Made by a program: the position numbers and the translations under genes. Below the pieces are notes generated by a model. The model saw only the letters and a list, made by a program, of their open reading frames with translations, was not told where the DNA came from and did not search any database. A stretch of 63,325 bases of DNA, counting the filler, from Octopus bimaculoides (taxonomy: Eukaryota): assembly GCF_001194135.2 (NCBI RefSeq). It is 6 parts of 5 records of this genome, joined end to end, with 100 filler letters (N's around TTAATTAATTAA, not from the genome) between each part and the next. Parts side by side here need not be neighbours in the genome. Positions count along the whole stretch, not along the records: positions 10,288 to 13,823 come from NC_068984.1; positions 13,924 to 35,806 come from NC_068989.1; 4 more parts are not named here. One strand, written 5' to 3'. This document shows positions 12,554 to 26,502 of this stretch, piece after piece. Each line of letters begins with the position of its first letter. Position 1 is the first letter of the stretch.

Positions 12554-13391
12554 NNNNNNNNNNNNNNNNNNNNNNNNNNNNNNNNNNNNNNNNNNNNNNN
12601 NNNNNNNNNNNNNNNNNNNNNNNNNNNNNNNNNNNNNNNNNNNNNNNNNNNNNNNNNNNNNNNNNNNNNNNNNNNNNNNNNNNNNNNNNNNNNNNNNNNN
12701 NNNNNNNNNNNNNNNNNNNNNNNNNNNNNNNNNNNNNNNNNNNNNNNNNNNNNNNNNNNNNNNNNNNNNNNNNNNNNNNNNNNNNNNNNNNNNNNNNNNN
12801 NNNNNNNNNNNNNNNNNNNNNNNNNNNNNNNNNNNNNNNNNNNNNNNNNNNNNNNNNNNNNNNNNNNNNNNNNNNNNNNNNNNNNNNNNNNNNNNNNNNN
12901 NNNNNNNNNNNNNNNNNNNNNNNNNNNNNNNNNNNNNNNNNNNNNNNNNNNNNNNNNNNNNNNNNNNNNNNNNNNNNNNNNNNNNNNNNNNNNNNNNNNN
13001 NNNNNNNNNNNNNNNNNNNNNNNNNNNNNNNNNNNNNTATATATATATATATATATATGCATATATATATGCATAGATACATACATACATATACCTATAT
13101 ATATATACTTGCACGCAAGCAGAAACACAAACACACACACAAAAACATGTGCATGAATATATATATATATATATATATAGTGTGTGTGTGTGGAACGAGC
13201 GGCATAAATATATATGTACGCATGTATATATGCATATATATGCATATATATATATGCACATATATATATATATGCATATGTATATGCATATATATATATA
13301 CCTGCACGCACGCAGAAACGCACACACACATAAAAACACGTGCATGAATATATATGTATACATATATATTCATAAATATATATGCACTTAC

Positions 13392-13454
<63 letters not shown>

Positions 13455-14534
13455 CATACATATATATATATATGTGCAACTGAACGTGCATAATTTATAC
13501 ACATGCATACAAATATATATATATGTATATTTATATATAAGAGAGAGAGAAAGAGAGAGATACGTGCATGCGTACACATATTTGCATGTTTTCATGTATG
13601 AATATATATATGCATTCATATGTTATACAAAAAGAGATTGAATGCATGGTAAGAGATATGCATGAAGTACGTATTTGCATGCATATGTGTGTGTATGTGT
13701 ATGTGTGTGTTTGTGTTCTATGCCTGTGTATATCTGTCTATCTATCTATGTATAAATATAGATAAAGATAGGGATAGAACGATTTAGATATAGACGTAGA
13801 TATATATATATATATATATACATNNNNNNNNNNNNNNNNNNNNNNNNNNNNNNNNNNNNNNNNNNNNTTAATTAATTAANNNNNNNNNNNNNNNNNNNNN
13901 NNNNNNNNNNNNNNNNNNNNNNNTATATATATATATATATGGATGTGAATGTGTGAATATGTTTATGTAAGTACAAATGTATCAATGCCTGCATATGGGC
14001 AAGTTTGTATGTTTATTACTTCATCGATGCGTATCAATGAAAACAGGTTCTCGACAACATTTTTCTACGCACAAACGAATCTTTTGCACTAAGAGTCCAA
14101 CACTCTGTCGTCAATTTCGTCATCGTTGATGAATTACAGCAGTGACTAGGCGCTTCAGGAACTAATCTAAATCATCATATATGAATTACATTATAGGAAA
14201 CATATGTATATATATACACATATGTACGCATATATAGATATTTAAATACAAATGTGTGTGCGCGCGCGCGTGTATAGAGTTTCTTTCAATTACCGTATAC
14301 CAAATCATCTGTTAAGGTTCCTTGTAGTAGAAGCTTGGCCAGATGCCAAATCGTGGGATTGAATCAAAATCCATGTGGTCAGAAAGGAAATTTCTTACCA
14401 CACATTCACGACAGAGTCAATATGTATATTTCTAATTGTCCTGGTGTAGAATTGCCATGTTATTTTTTTTATTCTTCATCAAATGTTAAATACAAAACTA
14501 GCTTTTCTTAAAATATTCTTTTCTACTCCTAAGC

Positions 14535-14722
14535 ACAAGGCCCGAAATTGTAAGGGCCAGTCGATTAGGTCGACCTCAGTACGCAACTGGTACTTAATTT
14601 ATTGACCCGAAAGGAGGAAAGGCAAATTGGACTTCGGTGGAATATGAACTGAGAACGTAAAAACAGACGAAATACCGCTAAGCATTTCGTCCGGCGTATT
14701 AACGCTTCTGCCAGGTCTCCGC
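14535..14722 (-). mobile_element. SINE family B
   Basis: Reverse complement of the family B core and head. Confidence 0.85.
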
Positions 14723-15525
14723 ACTTTCTTAAGGTATTATATTTCTTCTGAACTCTCTTTTTGTACGCGCTTGTGTATTAGTGATATTTTTTAGTTCACT
14801 TTACATTCAGCGCATTTTCGATTGCCTTGATAAGGTTATATTAATTTCATTGGTATTTCATGCCTTTTTTTTTTGTTTCTAATTCTAAATAAAATGACAC
14901 AAACGAAACGTTCATTGCAAAGGTATGCATTTTTCATCAATAAATAAATGTGAGTTTTTGCGTTCTTGNNNNNNNNNNTATATATATCCTTAATTTTCTC
15001 ATTCATATATCTATATATATATGCACACAATAGAGGGAAATTAATTATAAATGTTATCAATTAATTATATGAGCCAATATTTTAAAGTAGTGTTGATTTC
15101 TTGACTTTACTGTTACCAAATATATATATAGATGAAAGACTTCCCGATTCGCTTACACTTTCAGAAATTCAGAAACACAGAAACGTTCGGAGAGGACAAC
15201 TTTTAATTACATTGCTTTGCTTTATTATATTGTGCTCTGATTTCCAATTTGATTCTCCAAAATTTCTCCATCAGAAACCTATTTCATTGAATGGAATATT
15301 TTCTTAATTAAAATAAATATTATTAATTGAAGTGTATTGAAAAGAATTATAACCTACTCTGTTACAATTTGTATTATTCATGATTTGGCTACATTCAAAA
15401 CGTTATAACTGTACCGGATTGGATATGTTTCAACGTTTTTTCACCATGTGTTTTTGATACTAGTACTTAAGTAACTAAACGTGTATTTTGCGGTATGTAT
15501 GTATGTGTTTGTGTGTGAATGCATG

Positions 15526-15560
<35 letters not shown>

Positions 15561-15692
15561 ACATATATATATATGTACGCATATATGTGTATATGTATAT
15601 ATGCACAAATTTATATGCATATAAGTATATACATATCTGTGAGTGTGTGTGGGTGCGTGCTTCTGAGTGTGCGTGCTTCTGTGTGTGCGTGT

Positions 15693-15733
<41 letters not shown>

Positions 15734-16637
15734 GGTGTGTGTGTTTGCATATGTGTATCTATGGTTAAGTAAAGAATGAAAAGAAAACGGTACTCGACAA
15801 ACTGAGTACGAGTCTCATGTATATCATTCAAAACAGTTTGATTCGGTTAGATGCGACTTAGAGTTTCGTTGTTTTCTATCAGAGACCCCTCTCGTTCAGC
15901 CTTACATTACCGAATGAAGGAATGCAGGAAATATAATATGACTATCAGGAAATGGGCTGCTATTGAGTTACATTCGCTTCCATAAACGTGATGTGCCCAC
16001 GCAAACACAAGCACGTGCACATCTAAGTACTTACAGACTTATACACGCTTACACACGTATACGCATACACACACTCATACACACATCTAAGTTCATTCAC
16101 TCTTCTTGTCTTTCCTACCCCTCACACTACTAAACGTCAGGTCAATTCCCATCCTGCCCAGCAACGCTGTTGCAATTTCGCTAGCATACATCTACCACAC
16201 ATGCAGAATATAAATTCCAAATTCATGGATAGATACAAACACACACAAAAGCACACATACATATGCATGTACACATGCGCATTTTAAACTATATTTACTT
16301 CTCTCAAACCATCTTCCCACACTATCAAAACTCAGACGACCGCCTACCCATCCCATTCCGAACAACACTGTTACAATACACTAGTATACATCCATCATAT
16401 CCAAACACATGAATGCCAAAAGCATGCTTATATATATACACACATACGTACACACCACGCAAATCCACATGCATGCACGCATATATATTCTTCCAGACAT
16501 ACACCTGCGTACCCACACCACTCATACGTTTCTACAAAAAATGAAAGAATATACACACTTACGCACATATACCCATACATACATAGTATCACATTTGCAC
16601 ATGCATGCGTATATAGCAGGTACTAATGCACACGTAT

Positions 16638-16692
<55 letters not shown>

Positions 16693-17019
16693 TAATACAT
16701 ACATGCATACGCACACGCACTAGTACAAACAATAAGACACCCACATCTATGTATTCATACATCTGGTATACACACACGCACACGCACGCATACACTCGTA
16801 CGACTGTCAACTCTCAGAAACCAAGATGCCACCAGTTTCCTGCCAGCCACCTTCTACCGAATATGGTGCCTTCGAATTACCGATCTCATCTCGAAAAGTG
16901 CCATTTTGCTGTAGCCATCTGAAACACCCTAGTTCTTTCATTCGGTACTCTAAGCCTGAACGAGAAGCGCTTCCCTTAAAAGCCCTTGGAACATTAAGTT
17001 GTGTGGAGTCGAATCAAAC

Positions 17020-17560
17020 TGTTTTGCGGCACAGGTACAAAAGTAACCATACTACGTTGGCTAGACAAATATGGAGTTTGAAATCGAATGTCACACCACA
17101 TACGATGAAGTGGAAAATAGTCGAAAACTCCACACCATATGTTAACGGATCAAAGACATTTAAGCTGAAAGAACTCAGATCTTTTTCTGATCTAAGAACT
17201 CTAACTCACTGCTGAACCGAAATTTTCAGCAGTTGTAAGCATATAGCTAAATTCTTGTTGACGAATTGGAAAGTGCCTCCCTCTCCGAATGGAATAACTG
17301 TACCATAGACTCCAAGTCACTATCTATACAACCTTATAATTTACGGTCTAAGGGAAATTGCTCTAATTTCCCCTTTTGCTTCTTTCTGATTTTTGTTTGG
17401 TTTCCGGTTTTTCAACTTTTCAACTTTCATATATACATCCTTCTCGCTGTTTCTCTCTTCCCATTTTCAGTGCGTCGTGCCATGTGAAGCGTGTCTGATG
17501 ATTGTTATAAGACACCAGACGTGTTAAAAGACACTCTTTGGCATATTTTCAACACATGAA
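17020..17560 (+). mobile_element. Penelope-like element 3' end (C-terminal part of the endonuclease region plus terminal repeat)
   Basis: RHRYKSNHTTLARQIWSLK...MKWKIVENSTPYVNGSK and EIFSSCKHIAKFLL resemble PLE C-termini (STELSKYIW..K...KWKIL...PY; SKCRH.NKFLL). CTGATGA motif at 17495. Confidence 0.7.
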
Positions 17561-17678
17561 ACTAATAGTAGCACTTAAAAACATATGTATCGTGTTTATT
17601 AACAGATACAGGCACACACACACACACATATATATCTATCTATCTATTATGTATTTATCTATCTATCTATCTATCTAT

Positions 17679-17716
<38 letters not shown>

Positions 17717-18592
17717 AGAGAGAGAGAAAGAGAGAGAGAAGGAGAGAAGCTGGAGGAGAGATACTTTTTCACGAGATATTAACCTCATAGGGAATGCCTG
17801 TGTTTTTAAAGTTACTTCATTTGTTGTCTAAGGTTGGAACCTGATTATTTGACCGAGTAACACTGTACGTAAATACAGATATAAACAACAACAAAAAAAC
17901 GATGTTGCACGGTGGCACTATTGTTTAATCAGTGTGGGGACAAATATACTTGTGTGTTAAACGTATGAAAGGTGGATATTTTTAGTAAGCGCATATTTTT
18001 AGTCTGTTTGTTTAAAGTAGACACCAGGAATAAACTACGTATTTTTGTTATCTCTGTAAGATTATCATAGAAGTAAGTTTAATTCACATTATATTTATAT
18101 CAATGTCATGAAGTACTCCTACTAATTATTTCATATCAACGATTTCACAGTTGTGCAAATTATGACAAAGTATGTATATCTATCCAACTTTGTGTAGATT
18201 GTAAATAACTGAAGTTACTATGCAGACTGCGATCAGCAAAATTAAAAAAGCTTGTCTCTAATGAGACACCAAACATAGGTGAAACTTGTCAGGTCGATCA
18301 CATTCTTTTTATCCATAGAAAACAGAATGTCTTCAGTAAGGACATCTCCAATTCACAGCAAAGCTAAACCTGTCTTCAACAAAACTAAGAAGAGAAAGAA
18401 AATAAACTTGGAAGTCTGAAGATATAAACCTGTTCGAGTTTCATATTTTTTATATTTTGTAGATGATCGTTTAGGATTACTTTGGAACAGTAATATTCTT
18501 TAGTCTAACTGTCATTTTTCACGATATTTATTGTCTCATATTCTGAATGAAATAGAAAACAAGTAGCGTTTTCTCGCTGCATTTTGTACTAG

Positions 18593-18662
18593 GGCGCAAA
18601 GGGTAACATGAATGGCATTGTAACTGATAAAATCACCAGCAACGAAATAATTTTATTTGAAG
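18593..18662 (+). CDS. Putative isolated 70-nt exon
   Basis: ttttctcgctgcattttgtactag acceptor, open frame GAKGNMNGIVTDKITSNEIILFE, AAG|GTAAAT donor. No homolog recognised. Confidence 0.2.
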
Positions 18663-18914
18663 GTAAATTTACGGGCTACTTTCATTATTTATTCTGGTGT
18701 ACGTGGGAGTTGATTTTGTCATTAGTAAAACTTAAATATTTAATCTACTTTTTTTTTTTATAGAATTCTATGACATGGTATCTTCAACTGTTTTACCTAT
18801 CAAGATTTGTTACATGTTCACTATTTTTGTGTGGTATAATACCTCCTTCTTCCAAAGATATGGCCAACCAATGAGTAATTGCCGTATATCGTCTTTTGCT
18901 ATTTTTGCTTAGAC

Positions 18915-20021
18915 ATGGATAAGTCGAAAATTCTTGCAGCTTTGAAATATGAGTTCTTTTTTGGAAATGCAACATCACCGACACCTCCGAATATTAATGG
19001 AGTATTTCATTCTAATGGTATTACACAGTAGACAGTATCAAATTGGTTTGCAAAATTTCGTTCTGGTAACTTTGACCTCACAAATGAGCAACGCGGTCGA
19101 CCAGAAACGAAGGTGGATAATGACGAACTGAAAACCATCGTCAAGTTAGATCCATCTCAAAGTGCCCGTGAATCATCGCTGTTGTTTGGTGTTAGCAAGC
19201 AAATAATATTGACTCACCTAATTCAAATTGGTAAAGTGAAAAAGTTGGATTAGTGGGTTCCACATGAACTCAATCAAAATCAGAAACAGCAACGTTTGGA
19301 AGCCTGCATTATGCTACTTTCACGTCACAAAAATGAATTATTTTTGAATCGTAACATGTGATGAGAATTATATCGTGTTGAGAAATGGATCCAATACAAT
19401 AACCGTAAACGTTCAGCACAATGGTTGGAAAAAGACGAACCACAAAAGCACAATCCAAAAGCAAAATCCATCAAAAGAAGCTGCTAGTGTGTGTTTGGTT
19501 GTGTGGCGAAGGGGTGATCCATTATGATTTCATTAAACCTGGCTCATCAATCACGGTCCAAGTATACTGCAGCCAACTGGACTAAGTGATGCAGAAACAT
19601 ACAAAAACAGCTTAGATTAGTCTACAGATCCACTCCTATTTTATTGCAAGACAACGCCAGATCACTCATCGCAAAAAGGACATTGGCGAAACAACAGGAG
19701 TTGGAGTTGGAAGTTCTCCATCAACCACCATACTCACTTAATCTTGCCCCCACTGACTACCACTTCTTCCAGAATTTGGATAACTTTTTGATAGGGAAAA
19801 AATTTATTTCCGACGATGCTGTAAAACAGACCTTCCAAGATTTTATTGACTCCAGATTGCCAGGCTTTTACAGTTCCGGCCTGGACAAGCTACCGCTGAA
19901 ATGGCAAAAGTGTATTGACAATATGGGTACATACTTTGATGAATAAAACTACTCCTTGTTTTTATAAAACATTCGCAAACTTTTTTTCTTTTCTATAAAT
20001 GTCATAATTGACAACCTAATA
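18915..20021 (+). mobile_element. Mariner (Hsmar/SETMAR-like) transposase pseudogene with right TIR
   Basis: MDKSKI...WFAKFRSGNFDLTNEQRGRP, WVPHEL, QDNAR and PPYSLNLAPTDYHFF; stop at 19946. Right end attgacaacctaa+TA. Stops and frameshifts present; left TIR not found. Confidence 0.92.
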
Positions 20022-20552
20022 TATGTTTGTATGTATGTATATATATTTGTATTATGTATGTCTGTGAGCATGTTGGTATGTTTGTATGAATGTATGCATA
20101 TTTCTATGCATGTATTTATGTATGTATGTATGTATGTATGTATATATTTATGTATGTATGCATGCATGCATGTATGTATGTATGTATGTATGTATGTATG
20201 AATGTATGTATGTATGTAGCTGGTGTTGCATTTTTCTTCTCTGAGGACAAATTACTTCACAGACGAGCTGTATTAAAACCAGAATATACATCAAGGCGAA
20301 TGGAATATCGCCCCAGCAGTGATCCACAAGAAAGAGAAACACATTTCGTGTCACAACATTGTATAGTCCCTAGCTATGTGCTTACATGAAATCATTCCCC
20401 TCTGATATATAGGGATCAGTGGATAATACTTCCTACTCTTTGTATAGCGTGACTTGTACATTTCCTCTACATTTAACTATATGATTTATATGTACTCACA
20501 CGTATGTGTATATGTATATATATANNNNNNNNNNNNNNNNNNNNNNNNNNNN

Positions 20553-20586
<34 letters not shown>

Positions 20587-22044
20587 AGAGAGAGGGAGAG
20601 GGATAGAGAGGGAGAGGGAGAGAGGCATGCATACATACATACTTACATACATAATTGCATTCATACATACATACATGCATACATACATGATATGGTTCAA
20701 ACTAGAGGAAATATCCTATACAAATTACATTATACAAAGAAAATACTATCGAAAGTACATACCTCAGTGGGAATAGTTTTGGGAAATAACTTTTTACTGC
20801 CTTTTAGATGTATGAAACAGTAAATATTTTCACATTTAGTTCAGTACATAATATCTCTTCTAACTGGATTTATCTTTTTGTTCACTTCATATTGAAAGAA
20901 TAATATACTAAATAAGTATTTTCAAAAAATCTGTTGTAGTTTGCAACAATCATGGCTTCATAGCAGTGTTAATGACAACCCCTCTTTTATTCTTCTTTTA
21001 TTTAATAAGTTTCAGCCCACAGGCTGTAGTCGTGCCGGAGCACCGCCATTGGTAATCACCTTTTCAATGTCTATTTTAATGTGACTGGCCATTGATGAAG
21101 GAAGGAGTTCGACACTGCCGCCCTCTTTTGTGGTTCTTGCTGTGATATAGGTTCATTTGAGACCTTCGAAAGCAAAAGATCAAGTTTTTGCTAGAAAACA
21201 TCTACCCCCTACTCCATGAAGATCTCTCAGATTTTTTTGGCAAGGAATTAACTAACTGTGGGACCTTACTCTAGACGGAATAGCTGGAACTTTTGGAACA
21301 GTGCAGGGACATCCTGGTCATGGAGTTAGTATAGCTCTCGAAACGAAAGTTTGGTGTCAATCCCTGTAGGGCCTTCAATGTATTTTTACACAATTACAGT
21401 TAATCAAACAATTAAGCATACATTTCTTAATGAATTATTTTTCGTTGGTGATTCACTTATACTTTGTAGTTACATCTTAGCATTATAGCGATAATTTTTT
21501 AAAATTAATTATGTTTATTACAGCACATATCGCAACATGTCCACTTAATGGAGTTTCTCGGATATCTCCATAATTGTACGTTGCTGGGTTAATGTTATTC
21601 ATTAGCTTAGTGACAATCTATTTGTTCCATGCAATTTTTCAGGCATTCATAATATTTTATTACATGGATTAACTTCTGAATCCTACAAATAAAATATACT
21701 TTCTCTTTAAAGATTTGTGTACGATTAAACGTAAATTTTTATTGCTCAGTCAATTGCATGCAATTACCATTATTTGGCCTCCCGCATTATGTAAGAATCT
21801 GTTTAGAAATTTGTTCTTGAAATTTTGCCCAAATAAATATATTTTCAGTGTGGTAGATTGTCTTTCGCTTTTGAAGACTCGTTGATTTTTTCCGAAATTG
21901 TTCTATTTTCTTCATATAAATTAACTATTTTTGTTATGAATAAGATTAAATATTTCAGCATTTCTAGGGCTAAACGATGTGACTTATGGTAAGACAGTTG
22001 ATTTTTTTCGGGGGTGGTGGGTAAATTTTATTCTTCTTAGGACT

Positions 22045-22460
22045 TGTATATACAAGAGTAATCATTCCATTCAACTTATTTAAAGAATTTCAACAATAGT
22101 ATTAGATTCTGCTAAACGTGATCAAAGACTGGTCAATTTGAAAAGCATACTCGTTCAAAAAGCATTTCCACTAAGTTCAATTACAATTTGGATAGAAAGC
22201 GCAAAACTTATAGATAATCGAGATCTGAGGAGAGTAAAATGTAAAATCAAGATAAACATTTTTCAATATATTTAGAATTAACCCCAAAACTACCGGAATA
22301 TTTAACGACCGGATTTGTTAAAAAAGAAAAAGCAAACATACCTCTTTTATAGGAAGATAGAAATTTCTGGAAGCAACAGATCTTCAAACGCAAATGCAAA
22401 CGCAAAAGACAATTTAAATGATTGAAAAATCGGGCAGACGTGCATAAATAAGCTTCCAAT
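22045..22460 (+). mobile_element. Penelope-like element fragment (RT thumb/linker region)
   Basis: Decayed frames give ISTIVLDSAKRDQRLVNLKSILVQKAFPLSSI and ANIPLL*ED...KRQFK*LKNRA, like PLE IPY.QA.RI..I.S...RDQRL..LK and NLPIL.ED...SKRQP.NLK. Confidence 0.6.
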
Positions 22461-22607
22461 CCACTAATACAAAATGCAGAACACAAAATTCATTAGTGGC
22501 ATAGATTTTACTGCCGGATTCGAAATTAAGTCTAGAAGTGAACAAATCTTGAAAGTGGAAAAGGAATTTACTTATGACTTTCAGAATTTAATATATATGA
22601 TATTTAA

Positions 22608-23003
22608 GGCGGCGAACTGGCAGAATCGTTAGTACGCCGGGCGAAATGCTTAACGGTATTTCGTCTGCCACTGCGTTCTGAGTTCAAATTCCGCCGAGGT
22701 CTACTTCACCTTTCATCCTTTCGGGGTCGATAAATTAAGTACCAGTTACGCACTGGGGTCGATAAAATCGACTTAATCCGTTTGTCTGTCCTTGTTTGTC
22801 CCCTCTGTGTTTAGCCCCTTGTGGGCAGTAAAGAAATAGGTATTTCGTCTGTCTTCCCTTCTGAGTTCAAATTGCGCCTGGTCGACTTTGCCTTTCAACC
22901 TTTCGAGATCGATAAATTATGTACCAGTTACGTACTGGATCGATCGAATCGACTGCCCCCACCCCTTCCCAAAATTTGGGGCCATGTGCCTAGAGAAGAA
23001 AAG
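22608..23003 (+). mobile_element. SINE family B, full length with duplicated core (dimeric)
   Basis: Two copies of ctgagttcaaatt...gcctttca...gtcgataaatta...gtaccagttac. Confidence 0.9.
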
Positions 23004-24562
23004 AATATATATGATATTTGTTAAAAGTTTAAAAGTGACCTTGACCCATTGTTTTATATTAATGTATACGTATAAGATAGTTTAAGAATGTAGATCAGTT
23101 ATCTCATTCAGTCTCTGTTAGTTTCAAAGTGTTTAACTTGATCCATTACCATAAAATTATGTTATTTTTGCTTTCAAAGATATATTCCTAATATCATTAT
23201 TAGAGGAAGAACAATACCTCTTTGGCTTTTCTCAGTGCTTCCCAGATTGCTAGCGTGAAGGGAGGAAGTTGTTCTCACCGAAGTGATCTGGCCCAAATGC
23301 TTGCAACAGAGTGGGCTTTGCTAGAAATAACCAAGTGCCAAAAGATGCTGCTAATCTGAGTCAGAGATTAAGTCTATTAATGAAGGAGTTTATTACAGAA
23401 GAAGCGCCCCTTTGACTAAGTTATTGAATTTACAAAGACATGTTAGATTCAACGATAGATGGAAATACTCTTACTGAAGGTGTCGTGCTGTGGAATCAAA
23501 CACGAAGTCATATACTAGCAAAACGAATATTTTAACCACGGTGTCATGCTTACACTTCTAAGGTGCTATTCTCAGTATTGACACAGGCAAATGCAAATTC
23601 GTATCTCTATGTCTATCTATTTACTGCCTTCTTATTTAATATAATTTCATTTATATTGTTCATGTTTCTCTTTCGATTATTAAGACGACTATTAGATACA
23701 AACTTACGTCAGTAGTTTATTTAAAATGTCATATGGTTATATCTATAATCTATAAGGTGTTAGAGACATCGAAAAGTTGTCATCACATGATATATTTAAT
23801 GCCTGGCAGTCTATTAGATCTCGTCCATTTCCACAATGTTACTCACAAGAAGAATTGACATTTACGTTTGAAATTAAATTTGAACTTAACACCCATGATA
23901 CTTATTTACAGCAAGTTACAGTTGACAATTGAGACAGTGCAATATCGGAAACGAATACGAATTTCGGATCCGTCATTCGACTGTTGAACTCTATATCAAC
24001 TTTGAAATTCCCAGTTCCACTTAATACATACTAGACCGATTCGACCTAAACATTAAATTATGAATTAACTTAAGTTTTACTTCTGTGATTTGTGATACCA
24101 TGCTGTTCAACTGTTCCTCTGTGAAACTCCCGTAGTTAATCTTCAAAAGATTTAATGCTAAAATGAAACGAACACGCAATAAATATGTCTTCAACTTCCT
24201 GCTTTTCTCTATGATCGTAGCTTTCAAGTACTATGTGTTTTAAATTCTCTTAGCCTTGAATATTTAAAACGTAGATGAGGCTATAGATGGAATCATTTCT
24301 CTACATCAACAAGATATGATATTTATGTGTGAAAATAAAGTAGCGACAGGTGTATATTGATTTCTTTCGAAGTACTAACTCTGTGAAAGGTAGATTTGAA
24401 ATTACGTCAAGATTTGTTCAAGCTAATAAACTACCTGGGTGGGAAATCAATGAAGCGTTTGCAATATCAAACGAATCTGACCAGAAATTATGGCTACAAC
24501 ACTATTTCATTATCCGGAGAAGAAACACGAAAGGTCATATATTCAAAGGTTCGTAATAATTA

Positions 24563-24598
<36 letters not shown>

Positions 24599-24599
24599 G

Positions 24600-24633
<34 letters not shown>

Positions 24634-26196
24634 TGTGTATGTATGTATACATATATATACACACACACACATATATATATACACGAATATACGTGCTAAG
24701 GTATACAGCATGTATAAGCTTTTTAACAAACATGAAGTGGATTTTCAATGATCAGATTTCAAATAGTCGTAGAAGAAGGAAATAATTAAGACGTAGAAGA
24801 TAGGAAGGTAATAAAGGTAAGTAGTAAGGTAAAAATTTCACTAGGTATCTAGTAAGTTACTTATGGGGCTGAATGATCGATGGTGAGGCCATATTTATAA
24901 ATTAACAGCCTAATGATCACCATATGCGAGGTTTTAGTATTTTAATATTTGTCAGGATTTGTTGTCATATTACACTATTTCCGACTTCCTGCCTTTGTAT
25001 AGTGACATCTTGCTGCTGAAGAAGTAGTCAGTCAAAACTCAAATCGAGAACAATTTCAATATTAGTTCGTTATTCGCAGAAAAAGTCTGTCTTCCTCCTG
25101 GAATATATTTAATCAATGCAATGAAGATATTTCCCGGACGATGTCGACGTTGCTGGTTATTAGCCGTTCATCAACCCTAATCGGGATGACCTATAATGAA
25201 ATGCTTTCACGTGAACAAACCATCTTTTTAGGAATTCATAGCATTACATTATGTAAAGTAGTAATTCATTATTTAAGGTGAGTGTGATCTAATAAAGATT
25301 TAACTTCTATTTCTATCCCCACAACCACATAGAGGCTCCACCATTCATACTTTATATCTTTCACCGGTTCATTTTCTTTTTACATTCATGTGGTACGACA
25401 GATTGGATACAAGCCACACAATTACATGCACAACACGACCTACACATTAATATTGTTTAACGAAGCCAATCTCACAAATTGTATAAGGTTATAAAATTTG
25501 GTACTGAAATTTCATGATTTGGAACGAGGGTAGATAACAAGAACAATAGTCTTTTATAACAATAATTCATTGGCCAATAGTGTTTATATCACAGAAGAAC
25601 AAATTTCATGCAAAATATTTCAAAAGAATGGAATAACCATGTATAAGCTGCTGAGTTAATTTCTTTTCGGATGTATGAAAGATTAATGATGTTGTTTCTA
25701 TAGCAAATAAACCCTTCACGAATGGAAACTGAGCTGGTACATCTACTCTGTTTTCCTTCTCAACAGTTAAGTGATGATATCCAGTTCGTCAGCCTACTCC
25801 ACCTCTTAAGGTTTGAGATATTGAGTCATAGTTACTTCAGGACTTCACCCACAGTCTTTTCACTATGAATAATACTAGCAATAGTGAGAAATTCTCGACA
25901 GCATAACATATGAGACATCGAAACAGCCGAACCCTTTCGCAGTGGTAAGTTGTTCTGTATTTCATGTGTATATTAACTGCGGGTTTAACATACATTTTCA
26001 GAAGCAATATTCGGATTCATAGACAATGTCTCAGTCTGGAGTTGCTGAGTATCTCGTATCTTACAACATGCACCCTCGTTTAGATGGCCCAACCTATGAT
26101 GATAAAAGTCTAGATCTGTTTCCAAGAGGCATTCTGCTAACGCCTTCGATCACCTCTTTTCATCCGAAGTCATCTGTATATAATATATTCATAATT

Positions 26197-26502
26197 TACT
26201 ACCGTTTTAAACCTCAGTAAGAGCCTCCTCCAGCTAGTTATCGATGCAGTCACCACCCGATATATATTGCGAGAAGGGGAATGAACCTCTAACATCTTCT
26301 AGTAGACGAGAAGGACTACCAGATTGTACGGTTTTGAGCTATTTGTGCTCATCCTCATTGGTGGACACCCGTCCGCTAGAAGTAGCAGTAATCCGCTCCA
26401 GCTAGCAATTCCTACAAGTAAAGTAGCTAGTTAGAAAAAATTCTCCCCTGCTTTCAATATAAATCGGGTGCAAATAGCACCCTGGGGTTAAAAACGGTAG
26501 TA
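26197..26502. mobile_element. 306-bp element bounded by 21-bp inverted repeats (MITE-like or inverted PLE termini)
   Basis: tactaccgttttaaacctcag (26197) versus the reverse complement of ctggggttaaaaacggtagta (26482-26502): 19/21 identical. Confidence 0.65.

Noticed and set aside
10500-13765. Long ORFs rich in YI/HT/CV/MY (also at 32-33 kb, 45-47 kb and 61-62 kb)
   Set aside because: Translations of (TA)n, (CA)n and (TGTA)n microsatellites and of N runs.
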